Below are positions 39,942 through 49,950 of a stretch of DNA of 64,000 nucleotides, piece after piece. The translations under genes were made by a program, and so were the position numbers. Source of the DNA: Terriglobia bacterium (GTDB lineage Bacteria > Acidobacteriota > Terriglobia > Terriglobales > Acidobacteriaceae); NCBI GenBank assembly GCA_963741105.1, contig CAVUGT010000014.1, positions 7,952 to 71,951 of the forward strand, read 5' to 3'. The notes beneath the pieces are model-generated. The model made no database searches, was not told the origin of the DNA, and saw nothing but the letters and a program-made list of their open reading frames with translations. The stretch's first letter is position 1; each line of letters opens with the position of its first letter.

Positions 39942-41629
39942 GGACCCAGGACAACGCGAAATCGCAGAAACGCGCTGCCTGGCTCTACTACGCCGGTTGC
40001 TACCAGGGGCAGAAGGACTCGCTGTTCGTCACGGTCCTGTTGTGCGCCATGCAGTTTGTTTTCGTGCTACCCACAATCTATCTGGTACGGCACGTCTTCG
40101 ATGTCGTCATTCCGCGCGGCGATTTGCGTGGCGTCTTTTGGGACGGCATCATGATCGCGGCTAGCCAGACGATGTATACCGTTTTCATCCTGTGGGTCCG
40201 CAAAATAACTCTCCGGACCACCAAGGTTGCCGTCGCCCGAATCCGCTTCGATCTGCTCTCCCGCCTGTATGTGCTCTCCCGCACTTTCTACAGCGATGGC
40301 GATCGCGGCGGCCTGCACACCGTCATTGTGCAGGACACTGAACGCGTCGATGTGATGAGCAACGCCATCGTCTCGCGCGTGCTGCCGTCACTCCTGGCCT
40401 CAATTGGGTTCTCTTGTGTGCTGATCTGGCTGAACTGGAAAATGTTCCTGGTGACCATGCTCGTCGCGCCCTTGCTGTTTGGGGTCAACCGCATACTGGG
40501 GAAAAAGTTGAAGGCAGCGTCGCGGACATTCCGCCGCACCTTTGAGACCTTCAGCAAGGGAGTGCTCTTCGTCACCGAGTCGATCGATCTCACCCGCAGC
40601 CAGACCGCGGAAAAGTTCGAACTCGAACGCCAGTGGAAACAGATCGAAGATCTTCGCCAGAACAGCGGACGCTTTGCCTGGCTCGATACCGCTTACAGCC
40701 AGGTACAGGGCAACCTTGCAATGGCTGCGGGAGTGCTGGTGCTCATGGCGGGTGGCGTGGCCGTTGCCCACGGTTCCATGACGACTGGCGCTCTCCTCTC
40801 GTTCTTCGTGACCTTGCGAATCCTGAGCCAGTACGGAGCGCAGGTCATCGAAATCGCCCCGACCGTTGTACTCGGAAACCAGTCCCTCCTGGCTCTCCAC
40901 CAGTTATTGACTTCGGAAGCAGTCGAGCCCTATCACGGAACCGCCGGAATTGATTTTCAGGGAGAGATCAAACTCGAGGATGTTTCCTTCCGCTACGGCA
41001 AACCGGCTGTGTTGAACGGCGTCAACCTGATCATTCAGCCTCGGCGCACGGTCGCTCTCATCGGTCCCAACGGTTGTGGCAAGAGCACCATTCTGCATCT
41101 GATTCTCGGCTTTTACCGGCCGAACGCCGGCGCCCTGTACTGCGATGGACGGCCCTACGACGAGGTCGATCTCTCCTCCGTGCGCAGATCGATTGGATTC
41201 GTCGCCCAGAATCCAACCCTATTCAGCGGATCCATTCGCGAGAATATTTCCTATGGAATGCCGGAAGCCACGCTGGAACAGATTCGACAAGCCTCCAGCC
41301 TCGCTCTCGCGGACGATTTCATCATCAAGCTTCCCGATGGCTACGACACCACCATCGGCGATGACGGGGTCCGCCTGTCCGGCGGTCAACGCCAGCGCAT
41401 TGCCATCGCACGCGCTCTATTGCGGCAGCCGAAACTCCTGGTGCTCGACGAGCCGACCAACCACCTGGACATCAAAGCCGTGACTCGCCTGATGGAGAAC
41501 CTGCGCCAACTGGAGAACCAATTAGCCTTGTTGCTGGTCAGCCACGACCGGGAAGTAGTTCGTCACGCCGACGATGTCTTCGAGATCGACAACGGCATCG
41601 CCCTGCGCATGACTACCATGACCGTATAA
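39938..41629 (+). CDS. ABC exporter, fused permease/ATPase (type I exporter)
   Basis: Six-TM N-terminal half. GPNGCGKST Walker A, LSGGQRQRIAIARAL signature and LLVLDEPTNHLD Walker B. Confidence 0.9.
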   Translation: MRTQDNAKSQKRAAWLYYAGCYQGQKDSLFVTVLLCAMQFVFVLPTIYLVRHVFDVVIPRGDLRGVFWDGIMIAASQTMYTVFILWVRKITLRTTKVAVARIRFDLLSRLYVLSRTFYSDGDRGGLHTVIVQDTERVDVMSNAIVSRVLPSLLASIGFSCVLIWLNWKMFLVTMLVAPLLFGVNRILGKKLKAASRTFRRTFETFSKGVLFVTESIDLTRSQTAEKFELERQWKQIEDLRQNSGRFAWLDTAYSQVQGNLAMAAGVLVLMAGGVAVAHGSMTTGALLSFFVTLRILSQYGAQVIEIAPTVVLGNQSLLALHQLLTSEAVEPYHGTAGIDFQGEIKLEDVSFRYGKPAVLNGVNLIIQPRRTVALIGPNGCGKSTILHLILGFYRPNAGALYCDGRPYDEVDLSSVRRSIGFVAQNPTLFSGSIRENISYGMPEATLEQIRQASSLALADDFIIKLPDGYDTTIGDDGVRLSGGQRQRIAIARALLRQPKLLVLDEPTNHLDIKAVTRLMENLRQLENQLALLLVSHDREVVRHADDVFEIDNGIALRMTTMTV

Positions 41630-41727
41630 CTGAGAACCGAGAACCAGGAACTAAAAACTAGAAATCAAAAACAAGAAATTCGTAATCAGCAATCAAGAAG
41701 AAGAACCAGAAAGTAAGAAGCAGAACG
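41630..41727 (+). repeat. CTGAGAAC-type purine-rich intergenic motif, extended copy 4
   Basis: CTGAGAACCGAGAACCAGGAACTAAAAACTAGAAATCAAAAACAAGAAATTCGTAATCAGCAATCAAGAAGAAGAACCAGAAAGTAAGAAGCAGAAC, starting immediately after the ABC exporter stop. Confidence 0.6.
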
Positions 41728-41747
41728 TATATCTTACAAACCAGGCG

Positions 41748-43292
41748 GTGCACCAGTTGAATCGGGCTCCCAGCCAAACCATCCTTTCGCCTCTTCGCAT
41801 AGCGCTGATCCTGGGAGTCACAACCATCGTGGCCGCGGTTCTGCGCCTGCATCAGCTCTCCGTCAAAAGCTTTTGGATTGATGAAGGGGCAAGCGTCAGC
41901 TTCGCCACCATGCCCTGGCGTCCGTTCCTCAAGACGCTCTGGAACTACCAGGGCAATATGGCGCTCTACTATTTTCTCCTGAGGGCTTGGATCCATCTGG
42001 GAGACAGCGAATTCGTGGTGCGCAGCCTCTCCGTGCTCTTCGCGGTCCTGACCATTCCGGCGATATATTTCCTGGGCAACCGTCTGTTCGATCGCTCCAC
42101 CGGACTGATTGCCGCGGCGTTGTTGGCCGTACACAGCTTTCACATCCACTGGTCGCAGGAGGCCCGCGGGTACAGCTTGCTGATCCTGCTCCTGGTGCTG
42201 GCTGCGTATTTTCTGGTTTGTGCGCTGGAATCGAAGGCCAGCCGCTCTTTGTGGATCGCATTCGCCGTCACTGCTGCGCTGAGCTTCTACTCTCACATTT
42301 TTGCTGTCTTCGTGCTGGCTGCCTTCGCATTCTCCATTGCGTATCCCAAGCCCTACCGCATCGAAAAGCAAACCATCGTCTGGGTCGCGATTCTTTTCGA
42401 ACACCTGATCGCTCCCATGGCTCTGTTCGTCGTAGTCCATCACTCCGGCAGCCAGATCGGCTGGCTCCCGTGACCGTCGCTGCCCGCGGTCAACGAATTC
42501 TTCCTGCTTCTCACCAGCCAGGGTGGCATTGTGCTGGCGGTGATTTATCTGTCCCTGTGTGGATTGGCATTCATGCTGGCATCCGAAGCCAGCCAGCCGG
42601 AGAAGATCCAAGCAGAGCAAGAAAAGTGGGCTCTCCGCCTTCTCTTCCTGTGGCTGGTGCTGCCGCCCGTGCTGACTCTGGCCGTGACACCCGTCAAGCT
42701 GCTTTTCTACGGTCGCTACATGGTCATGTGTGTGCCCGCTCTGGTCCTGCTCGCGGCGCGCGGGCTCACTCTTCTCTACCACGCGCCGATGGCAAGACGA
42801 GGGGCCGCGGTTGTGGCCTTCGTGCTGGTGATGGCACTGTCCGGTTGGGGCACGCACAAGTACTTCACGAGATTTCCCGAGGAGAGCACAGATTGGCGCG
42901 CTGCCGTGAACTACATCCACGAACATCAGCAACCCGGCGATGGCGTGTTCATCTACACCTCGCACGCTCTTAGTTACGACTACTACGCGCATCACCCCGC
43001 AGCCGGACAAAGAGACGCGACCGCGCCCGATGTCTTATACCCGCCCGATCCCCGGCGTCCCGTGAGCCACGACGAAATCAACGGCGATATCGCAGGACGT
43101 GGACGAGTATGGCTCCTGCTGCACGACGAAAGAGGAAGACCAACCGAACTGGCGGAGATTCAATCCACAATAGGCGAACAATTCCAGGCGGGAGAGGAGC
43201 ACGTCTTCCCGGGAGAGATACCCATTACGGTCGTGCTCTACAGCCATCCCAGGCCATGCGGTAACCGCTGGAATTCGTATGACTCGGCCTGA
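41748..43292 (+). pseudogene. Glycosyltransferase family 39 (ArnT/PMT-like) interrupted by one in-frame TGA
   Basis: ORFs 41748..42473 and 42531..43292 are in the same frame (783 nt apart). The only stop is the TGA at 42471-42473 in ...SQIGWLP*PSLPAVNEFF.... The N-terminal part has the SFWIDEGASV motif and multiple TMs. Confidence 0.75.
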
Positions 43293-43418
43293 AGCGCCCG
43301 CCCCCGACAAGCCGTCACGCTCAGCTTGCGAAGCATCAGGCACGGAGTGCACAGCTGTAGGTCTTCGATCTCACAGGCTGAGAAAATCGGCGCCCTGTAG
43401 TAAAACAGTACTAGGTGC

Positions 43419-43508
43419 GGAGAGTTGGCCGAGTGGTTGATGGCACCGGTCTTGAAAACCGGCATACCCGGAAGGGTATCGGGGGTTCGAATCCCTCACT
43501 CTCCGCCA
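43419..43508 (+). tRNA. tRNA-Ser (anticodon UGA)
   Basis: GGAGAGT acceptor stem pairing with ACTCTCC. Anticodon stem CCGGT/ACCGG with loop CTTGAAA. Long variable arm, GGTTCGAATCC T-loop and encoded CCA. Confidence 0.93.
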
Positions 43509-43568
43509 GTTTTCTTTGCTGGGGTTCCTGACCGACTGCCATTCTGCCAACACATCCAGCTCACGCCA

Positions 43569-44657
43569 TCAGGGTTTCGCCCGTGGCACGGCCTCTCGAT
43601 AGACCTCCCAATGCTGCACCAGTTCGCGTACCACCGGATTCCCGACCCGATATGCATTCTCAATCGCCTCGCCATAAGCCGCGTAGTTTCCGGTCGCCTC
43701 ACTCTTGAGAAAATCCGCGGACGACGTGCCCTTAGGCGGCATCGAGAAGTCGCTGCCGGTTCTGAGATCGAGCGCGCGCGCACGATCGGCCCGGCCGGCA
43801 TGGGCGAGGAAGGTGAGCGCCTGCAGAAAGGCTGCGTCCTCCTCGGCCGAGGTCGTGAAGTGGCCTTTGTCTCTGGTCCAGTGGGGAACCCATTTTTCTG
43901 CCCAGTCGTTCATCCTGGCGCCGATCCAGAAGCGGTCCGCGGTCAATGTGTCGCCACGTAGCACGAAGGGCGGCCGCTGTGCGTTGGGCAGGTCGGGATA
44001 TCCGGCGCGAGCCGCCTTGAGCTTGTCATCGTCCGGTAGGACAAGGCCGCGCGTCAGTTCATACGCCCAGCTCACAAGCCCGTCGTTCAGTTCATACGCC
44101 AGAATTCCATTGTCGGAAATGGCCGGCGGCGCCGGCTGTTCAAAAGGCCTCGCCCGGTCATATGCCACGATGCCGGTCGGCCAGTCGGACGGAATTTCTC
44201 GTGCGTCAATTTCATAGGCCAGATCGCCGTCGACAATGTAACTCGCCCACACTGCCGAGCCCACCGACCCCCGGTTGGGATCGATCCCGGCAATGCCAGC
44301 CAGGATCCAGTAAGCCTTGCTGAGGTCGAAGCGCGGATCCAGCCCAAGCGCCATGATCGAAGCCGCTGCCGAAGACTTGCCGGCCCCAGTCACGATGCCC
44401 AGCACATGGTCCTTCGCGTTGTAGCGCAGCGCGCGGAAACCTTGTGGAAACGGCAGCACCTCGGGCAGCGGATAATGCTCAACCCAGTTCTGGAACTCGC
44501 CCGGTACGTCGCCGGTATCGTTGCCAACCTCGAAAGCGGTCACAACCACGACGCGGATTTGCAGCGGCCCTGATGCGTCGGCGGCCCCGCCAGGCGAAGC
44601 GAGGCCCATGAGGAACATCGCTGACACTCCAATCCACGGCACAAATCTCCAGTTCAT
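43569..44657 (-). CDS. Purine nucleoside permease (NUP family)
   Basis: Signal peptide, then ...IRVVVVTAFEVGNDTGDVPGEFQNWVE...VLGIVTGAGKSSAAASIMALGLDPRFDLSKAYWILAGIAGIDP, typical of the family. Confidence 0.8.
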   Translation of the reverse strand: MNWRFVPWIGVSAMFLMGLASPGGAADASGPLQIRVVVVTAFEVGNDTGDVPGEFQNWVEHYPLPEVLPFPQGFRALRYNAKDHVLGIVTGAGKSSAAASIMALGLDPRFDLSKAYWILAGIAGIDPNRGSVGSAVWASYIVDGDLAYEIDAREIPSDWPTGIVAYDRARPFEQPAPPAISDNGILAYELNDGLVSWAYELTRGLVLPDDDKLKAARAGYPDLPNAQRPPFVLRGDTLTADRFWIGARMNDWAEKWVPHWTRDKGHFTTSAEEDAAFLQALTFLAHAGRADRARALDLRTGSDFSMPPKGTSSADFLKSEATGNYAAYGEAIENAYRVGNPVVRELVQHWEVYREAVPRAKP

Positions 44658-44812
44658 CTCCGTCCCCTGCTCCTAGGCTTCTTGCTGGTAGGTATTATCT
44701 CCGAGGCATCTGCTTGTGCCATGCCCGCGTAGGGGCGGACGCGCCGTCCGCCTAGCGGAGCGAAGCTCCACTATTTTAGAGGCGAAAAAAACTGTCGACA
44801 TGCGACGCCCAC

Positions 44813-47404
44813 TCAACGCAGTTCGGGACGCAGCTCCGCGGTGTTTGCCTGGATTTCAATGGTTCCGTCGCTCAGACCGGAAGCCGCAGCCGTCAGATGA
44901 ATCGAGCCGCTCTGTCTTCGACGTGCGCACCACGATCAAAGCCCGTCCCTGGAAAAGCTTGCGCCGGTCACCGTGATACGTAGCAGCGTCCTGGCCATCT
45001 CCGTTTCCCACCGCTGCAATCACGCCGGGCCCGCCGATCGCGAAGTGCACTTCCTGGTCCGCATCCGGTTGAAATCGGCCCTCCGCATCCACCGCCTCTA
45101 CGCTGATGAACGACAAGTCCTGGCCGTCCGCCTGAAGCGTCGTGCGATCCGCGGTCAGCCGCAATCGCGCCGGCTTGCCCGTCGTCGTGAGAACGCTCTC
45201 CGCAACCACGCGATCGCCTCGTACTCCCACCGCCTTCAAGGTGCCCGGCGCGTAGGGAACGCTAAACAATGCCTTGAATTCCTGCTCACGGCCGGTCGGC
45301 TTCTCGCCAATCAGTTTGTCATTGAGAAACAGCCGAACCTTTTCGGCGCCGGAGTAGACTTCCACTTGCATCTCCTTGCCTTCCTGTCCCGCCCAGTTCC
45401 AACTCGCAATCGTCGGATAAGTCGCCCAGCCCACGGCGATGATCTTCTTTCCTTCCGGTTCGGGCAGACGGACAGTGGCGTACACGCGATCGCCACCATT
45501 CCACAAGATGTCCCGATAGTACGACTGCGGCTTCCGAAATCCGGTTAAATCAAGATCTCCGCACGCCGCTGCGTGCCACGGATACCCGTGAAACAAGACC
45601 GCCATCGCGACTTTCATGGCTGGATCGGCTTGGCCCTGGCCCATCGCAGCCATCATGTCCACTCCATTCGCCATCCCGAGGAACATCTTGTCCACCAGTC
45701 GCCGTGCTCATCATCGCGCCCATGATCTGCGCTCCCAATCTGCGCCTCTTCCGGAGTGCCATAAGACCACGCGCCGATACCGGACTCACCCAGATAGTCC
45801 ATGGCAGTCCATGCAAAATCGCCGATCACATACGGATTGTCCTGTGAGATTTGCCACAAGGGAAACACCTTCGCCGGAAACGACTCGGTCGTCAGCATGA
45901 TTCGCGTTGGCAATTGGCGATGGTCCTCCGCATAAGTCGGCAGAATGTTGTAGTTGTAACCAGTGATGTCGAGCTGCGAGAACACAGCTTCCGCGTTCGG
46001 TGTGGTGGTGGTTCCAGGAAACGCCAGCGTCAGCGGGCGCGTGCTGTCGAGCGATCGCACCTGATCGGCCATTTGCTTACCCATCGCACCGCCTCGTTCA
46101 ACCTCCAACTCGGGGATCTCGTTGCCGATTCCCCAGATCACGATCGAGGGATGATTGCGATCGCGCAGCACCATGGACGAGACATCCCGCTGCCACCATT
46201 CATCGAAGTCGCTGCCGTAATCGAACTTGACCTTGTTCGCCTTCCACGTGTCGAACGGCTCATCGAGGACCAGCAAGCCGAGCCGGTCGCACGCGTCGAG
46301 AAATGCGGATGACGGTGGATTGTGCGCGGTTCGAACCGCATTGTGCCCAGCACGCTTTCAGCAGTTCTACCTTGCGCTCTTCCGCGCGGTCGAACGCCGC
46401 CGCTCCCAGCGGTCCGTTGTCGTGGTGAACGCTGCCGCCGGTGAGCTTGATGCTCTTGCCGTTCAGCACCAGTCCCTTTTCCGCAGACCACGAAAGCGAC
46501 CGGATGCCGAAGGGTGTCACCACTTCGTCCACGACTTTGCCGTTCTTCAGCACTTGCGTAGTTGCCCGGTACAAAGCAGGCGACTCCGGCGACCACAGCG
46601 CAGGTTTGGCGACAGCAATCTCCTGGCTTGCTTCAATGTCTTTTCCCGGCGCGATCGTTACGTTGGACTCCGCGCTCCCGGCCGACTTGCCCGCCCGGTC
46701 GGCGAGCATGGTCTTCACGGTTACTTTCGCCGGCTCGGATGACTCATTCACCACTCGAGTGCGCAGCGAAACCTTCGCCGCTCTGTCAGAGACTTCGGGC
46801 GTGGTGACGAAGACTCCCCAGTGAGCCACGTGCGTTGGATCGGTCACCACCACTCGCACATGCCGGTAGATGCCGGACCCGCTGTACCACCGGCTGTTCG
46901 GTTGCGCCGAGTTGTCCACTCGCACCGCCAGAACGTTCGGGCCGGAGAAATCCAGGTCGGGCGTAAGGTCAAAACTGAAACTGGTATATCCGTACGGATG
47001 GGTCCCCAGCTTGCTTCCGTTCAGATAGACAGTGGCGTCGCTTGTACACACCGTCAAACTCAACGCTCACTCGCTTTCCCTTCCACTCTTTGGGCGCGCT
47101 GAACGTCTTGCGATACCAGCCTGTCCCTCCAGGGTAGAAGCCACCACCGGCAGCACGTCGGATTGTCCTTCTCGGGCACTCCTTCGATGCTCCAATCGTG
47201 CGGAAGATTGACCGTGCGCCAGGATCCGTCGGCGAATCGACGCGCCTCCGCGCCGCTCGGATCACCGAGCATGAATCGCCAGCCAGAGTCCGCATCCAAC
47301 ACTTGCCTGGATGTCTGTGATGGTGTTGCGTTCGTCGGAGTGGTCCCTAGCGAAGCCAGGGCAGCGCAGATCGCAACTACTCGGAAGAAAAGGGTCGGTT
47401 TCAT
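44813..47404 (-). pseudogene. Glycoside hydrolase family 2 (beta-galactosidase-like), multiply frameshifted
   Basis: Homology runs through ORFs 47060..47404, 46969..47295, 46260..47063, 45653..46276 and 44856..45695, with a further frame to 44813. Segments seen: signal peptide, GWRF, NLPHDWSIEG, GWYRKTF, YLNGSKLGTHPYGYTSF, AGHNAVRTAHNPP, NHPSIVIWGIGNE, ...GSIHLTAAASGL. Frame changes are near 47155, 47045, 46355, 45700-45745 and 44915. Confidence 0.8.
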
Positions 47405-48120
47405 GGAAAGGCTCCTTGGGTGTTCTGTAAGGCTGGGGCCGTAGATATCAGTGCGACAGAATTCTCAGCTCGCGCGCAAGCCAACAGTAGCAAACGGATG
47501 GTTTCGCGGAACAGGCTGTCGATCGGTTGTCCGTACTCCAGCTCGACCCGGCCGCCCAGCGACGCCAGCCGGCGTTGCGCCCCCACGACTGCATTCATCA
47601 CGGCATGCAGCGTAAGCTCAGGGTCCAGATCGGCGCGCAGTGATCCGTCGGCGATTCCTTCCCGGATCAGCCTGCTGAAGTGCTCGAACCCTTCAGGATT
47701 GATCTGCGCTTCCAGTGTGAGCAGGCGCTCGGCCGGCCAATCCTGGGCGTACATAGCGTCGAATTGCGCCAGGAACCTCACCTTTGCCTGCTTCCTGGTG
47801 AGATCGTCGGCCATGAGTTCCAGCAGCGCCGTAATTTTTGCCAGCGCAGTTTGCTCACGGTCGATCGCTGCCTTCGCGCGCGCAGAAAAGTCGGCCAGCA
47901 GGACCTCGAGGATCGCCCACACGATGTCGTCCTTGCTGGAGAAATACTGATAGATGGTCGACGTCCGAAGCTCCGTCGCGGAAATGATCTCCGTCATTGT
48001 GACGCGATCGATGCCGTGCTCGTCGAAGAGCTTCTCCGCCGCTTCCAGGATGCGGCGGCGCTGCCGCTCGCGATGAATGTGATACGTCCGCGGCGATGAA
48101 GTTGGGTTCTCTGTTTGCAT
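47401..48120 (-). CDS. TetR/AcrR family transcriptional regulator
   Basis: N-terminal HTH ILEAAEKLFDEHGIDRVTMTEIISATELRTSTIYQYFSSKDDI. Its stop overlaps the GH2 start by 4 nt. Confidence 0.9.
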   Translation of the reverse strand: MQTENPTSSPRTYHIHRERQRRRILEAAEKLFDEHGIDRVTMTEIISATELRTSTIYQYFSSKDDIVWAILEVLLADFSARAKAAIDREQTALAKITALLELMADDLTRKQAKVRFLAQFDAMYAQDWPAERLLTLEAQINPEGFEHFSRLIREGIADGSLRADLDPELTLHAVMNAVVGAQRRLASLGGRVELEYGQPIDSLFRETIRLLLLACARAENSVALISTAPALQNTQGAFP

Positions 48121-48358
48121 TTCAAGGCGTCATTAATACGAACATATACTACGAATTCGTAGTATTAGTACGAAACAATACTCGCCACACCGCCGCCTGT
48201 CAACTATGAACAGGCGTGAGATAGAAGACGCCGACTCCCAGTCTCCCCGGAGCCCGATCTTACGAATTACTTCTTTAGCTTTCGTGTTGTTTCGATTCTG
48301 ATGTACTATCTCCGCTATCGCGCGCTGTTTGCCAAACTTCCCCTTGCCGGAGAACCAA

Positions 48359-49933
48359 ATGGATCGCCGCAGCTTCCTGAAATCCGCCACCGCAACAGGA
48401 CTCGCAGTCGGCCTGCTCAAGACCAGCGCCAACGCCGCCATCCCCGAACACAACTGGGACAAATACGATTGGGGGCCAGGGCCCGCGGTTCCCGACCGGC
48501 TGTACCAAGGCCCATTCCCTCAGTACGGCCCCGGCGCGGTGGTTCCTGACAGCGATGTTTCGATGATTACTTCTCCGTCCCGCGAAATCGTCGCCAACTA
48601 CGGTATGGGCCTCGTCGCTTATCTTTCCGACGACACCGGTCCGCTCGTTATCCCTGGTGAGAGCCAGGAAAAAACTCTGGAGGATCTGGTCAGACTGCCC
48701 TTCGTGCAGAAGGTGTACCTGCGTCCCAACTGGCGAGAGGTTCAGAAGCAGCCCGGCCGGCTCGACTTCCCCGAGTGGTGGAAGATTGCGTTCGATCTGT
48801 CTCGCCGCTACAACAAGCCCATCGGTTTCCGCGTCCAGTTGGAGAATCCCGACGTTCCCGAGCCTGGGATGCCGGACTTTCTCCTCAACAAGGTCCCTCT
48901 CGTAAAGCTAAAAGGCGAGTGGGAAGGCAATCCCGCGGAGACGCGCTATAAGAAGGATAACCGTGTGCCGCGCTACGATCACCCGGCGTACCAGGCTGCT
49001 TTCCGCGAATTGAATGAGCTGCTGGCCGCCGAACTCAACGGTCATCCGCAGATTGAGTTCATGGATACGATGATGTACGGCTTCTGGGGCGAAGGCCATA
49101 CCTGGCCCTACGAGGGCAATCCTTTCCCCAGCCAACTGGTCGCTGAACAGACCTGGATGTCCATGTTCGAGACCCAACTCCAGCACTGGACCAAAGTCCC
49201 GCTGGCCACGAACACACAGCCCGACTTCAGCAACGTAGGCAACGCCGACATGCTCGATCGCACCATGCGCACCGGCAACTGGCTGCGCACCGACACCATC
49301 TTCATCGAGAACACTCAAATCGAGGCCTTGAGCTACCGTCCACCTTGGGCTGCGGCGATCTGTGAAGTTGGTTTCACCACCGGCGACGAGAACCAACTCC
49401 AGATCGACGAAGACGGGCTTACCTACAACGAGCAGATCATTTCTCACGCCGCCGATGTCGGCGTCAACTATCTATCGGTTTGGAGCTGGCACAACCAATC
49501 GGCCCGCAGCATTACGAGCTACTACGAAAAGTTTCCGGGACCCATCGACGAGATGGCCCGCAAGATCGGCTATCGCATCCGCCCATCGTTTATCTGGACT
49601 TTCACCCGCGATGGAGCGAACGGCCTCGTGCTCGGATTGGCAAATGATGGCATCACGCCCGTCCCAGGAGTGCTGCGTCTCACCGTTTTCAGCGAAGACA
49701 ACAAGATCAACGTATCAGGCTGTGTCGATCCTGGATATCCGAAGCCGACCGGCGTACATCAAGTCATGCTGATCCTGCCGGCTGGCGCCCAATGGGAAGG
49801 GCTGCGACTGAAAGCCGAGTTAGAAGTGGAGGGTGTTCGTCATCCGATTCGCTGGGCATGCCGCCAGAAGGTGAATGAAGATGGCTCGTTGACGCTGCGC
49901 CACAATTACAACCCAAAGCACCCATTGGTGTAG
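48359..49933 (+). CDS. Tat-signal secreted protein of unknown function (possibly glycoside-hydrolase-like TIM barrel)
   Basis: MDRRSFLKSATATGLAVGLLKTSANA twin-arginine signal from the ATG at 48359. No catalytic motif confidently recognised. Confidence 0.65.
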   Translation: MDRRSFLKSATATGLAVGLLKTSANAAIPEHNWDKYDWGPGPAVPDRLYQGPFPQYGPGAVVPDSDVSMITSPSREIVANYGMGLVAYLSDDTGPLVIPGESQEKTLEDLVRLPFVQKVYLRPNWREVQKQPGRLDFPEWWKIAFDLSRRYNKPIGFRVQLENPDVPEPGMPDFLLNKVPLVKLKGEWEGNPAETRYKKDNRVPRYDHPAYQAAFRELNELLAAELNGHPQIEFMDTMMYGFWGEGHTWPYEGNPFPSQLVAEQTWMSMFETQLQHWTKVPLATNTQPDFSNVGNADMLDRTMRTGNWLRTDTIFIENTQIEALSYRPPWAAAICEVGFTTGDENQLQIDEDGLTYNEQIISHAADVGVNYLSVWSWHNQSARSITSYYEKFPGPIDEMARKIGYRIRPSFIWTFTRDGANGLVLGLANDGITPVPGVLRLTVFSEDNKINVSGCVDPGYPKPTGVHQVMLILPAGAQWEGLRLKAELEVEGVRHPIRWACRQKVNEDGSLTLRHNYNPKHPLV

Positions 49934-49950
49934 AAGTGACACATCTCCAA

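Noticed and set aside
42471-42473. Selenocysteine recoding of the in-frame TGA in the GT39 gene.
   Set aside because: I saw no SECIS-like stem-loop immediately downstream. The position aligns by eye with a basic residue context (WLP-x-PS), and GT39 enzymes are not known selenoproteins. A nonsense mutation or sequencing error is simpler.
29286-43292. Classifying the cluster as a lasso-peptide locus.
   Set aside because: No Asn-synthetase-like cyclase and no transglutaminase-like leader peptidase is encoded anywhere in the window. Only the accessory-type genes (PqqD, kinase, nucleotidyltransferase, ABC) are present.
29159-43568. Genomic island integrated at tRNA-Ser.
   Set aside because: No integrase, no direct repeat of the tRNA 3' end at the far boundary, and no obvious GC shift across the cluster apart from a 127-bp AT-rich spacer.
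44813-47404. Programmed ribosomal frameshifting in the GH2 or ggt genes.
   Set aside because: Multiple shifts in both directions, without slippery heptamers or downstream structures that I could see, fit decay or error rather than recoding.
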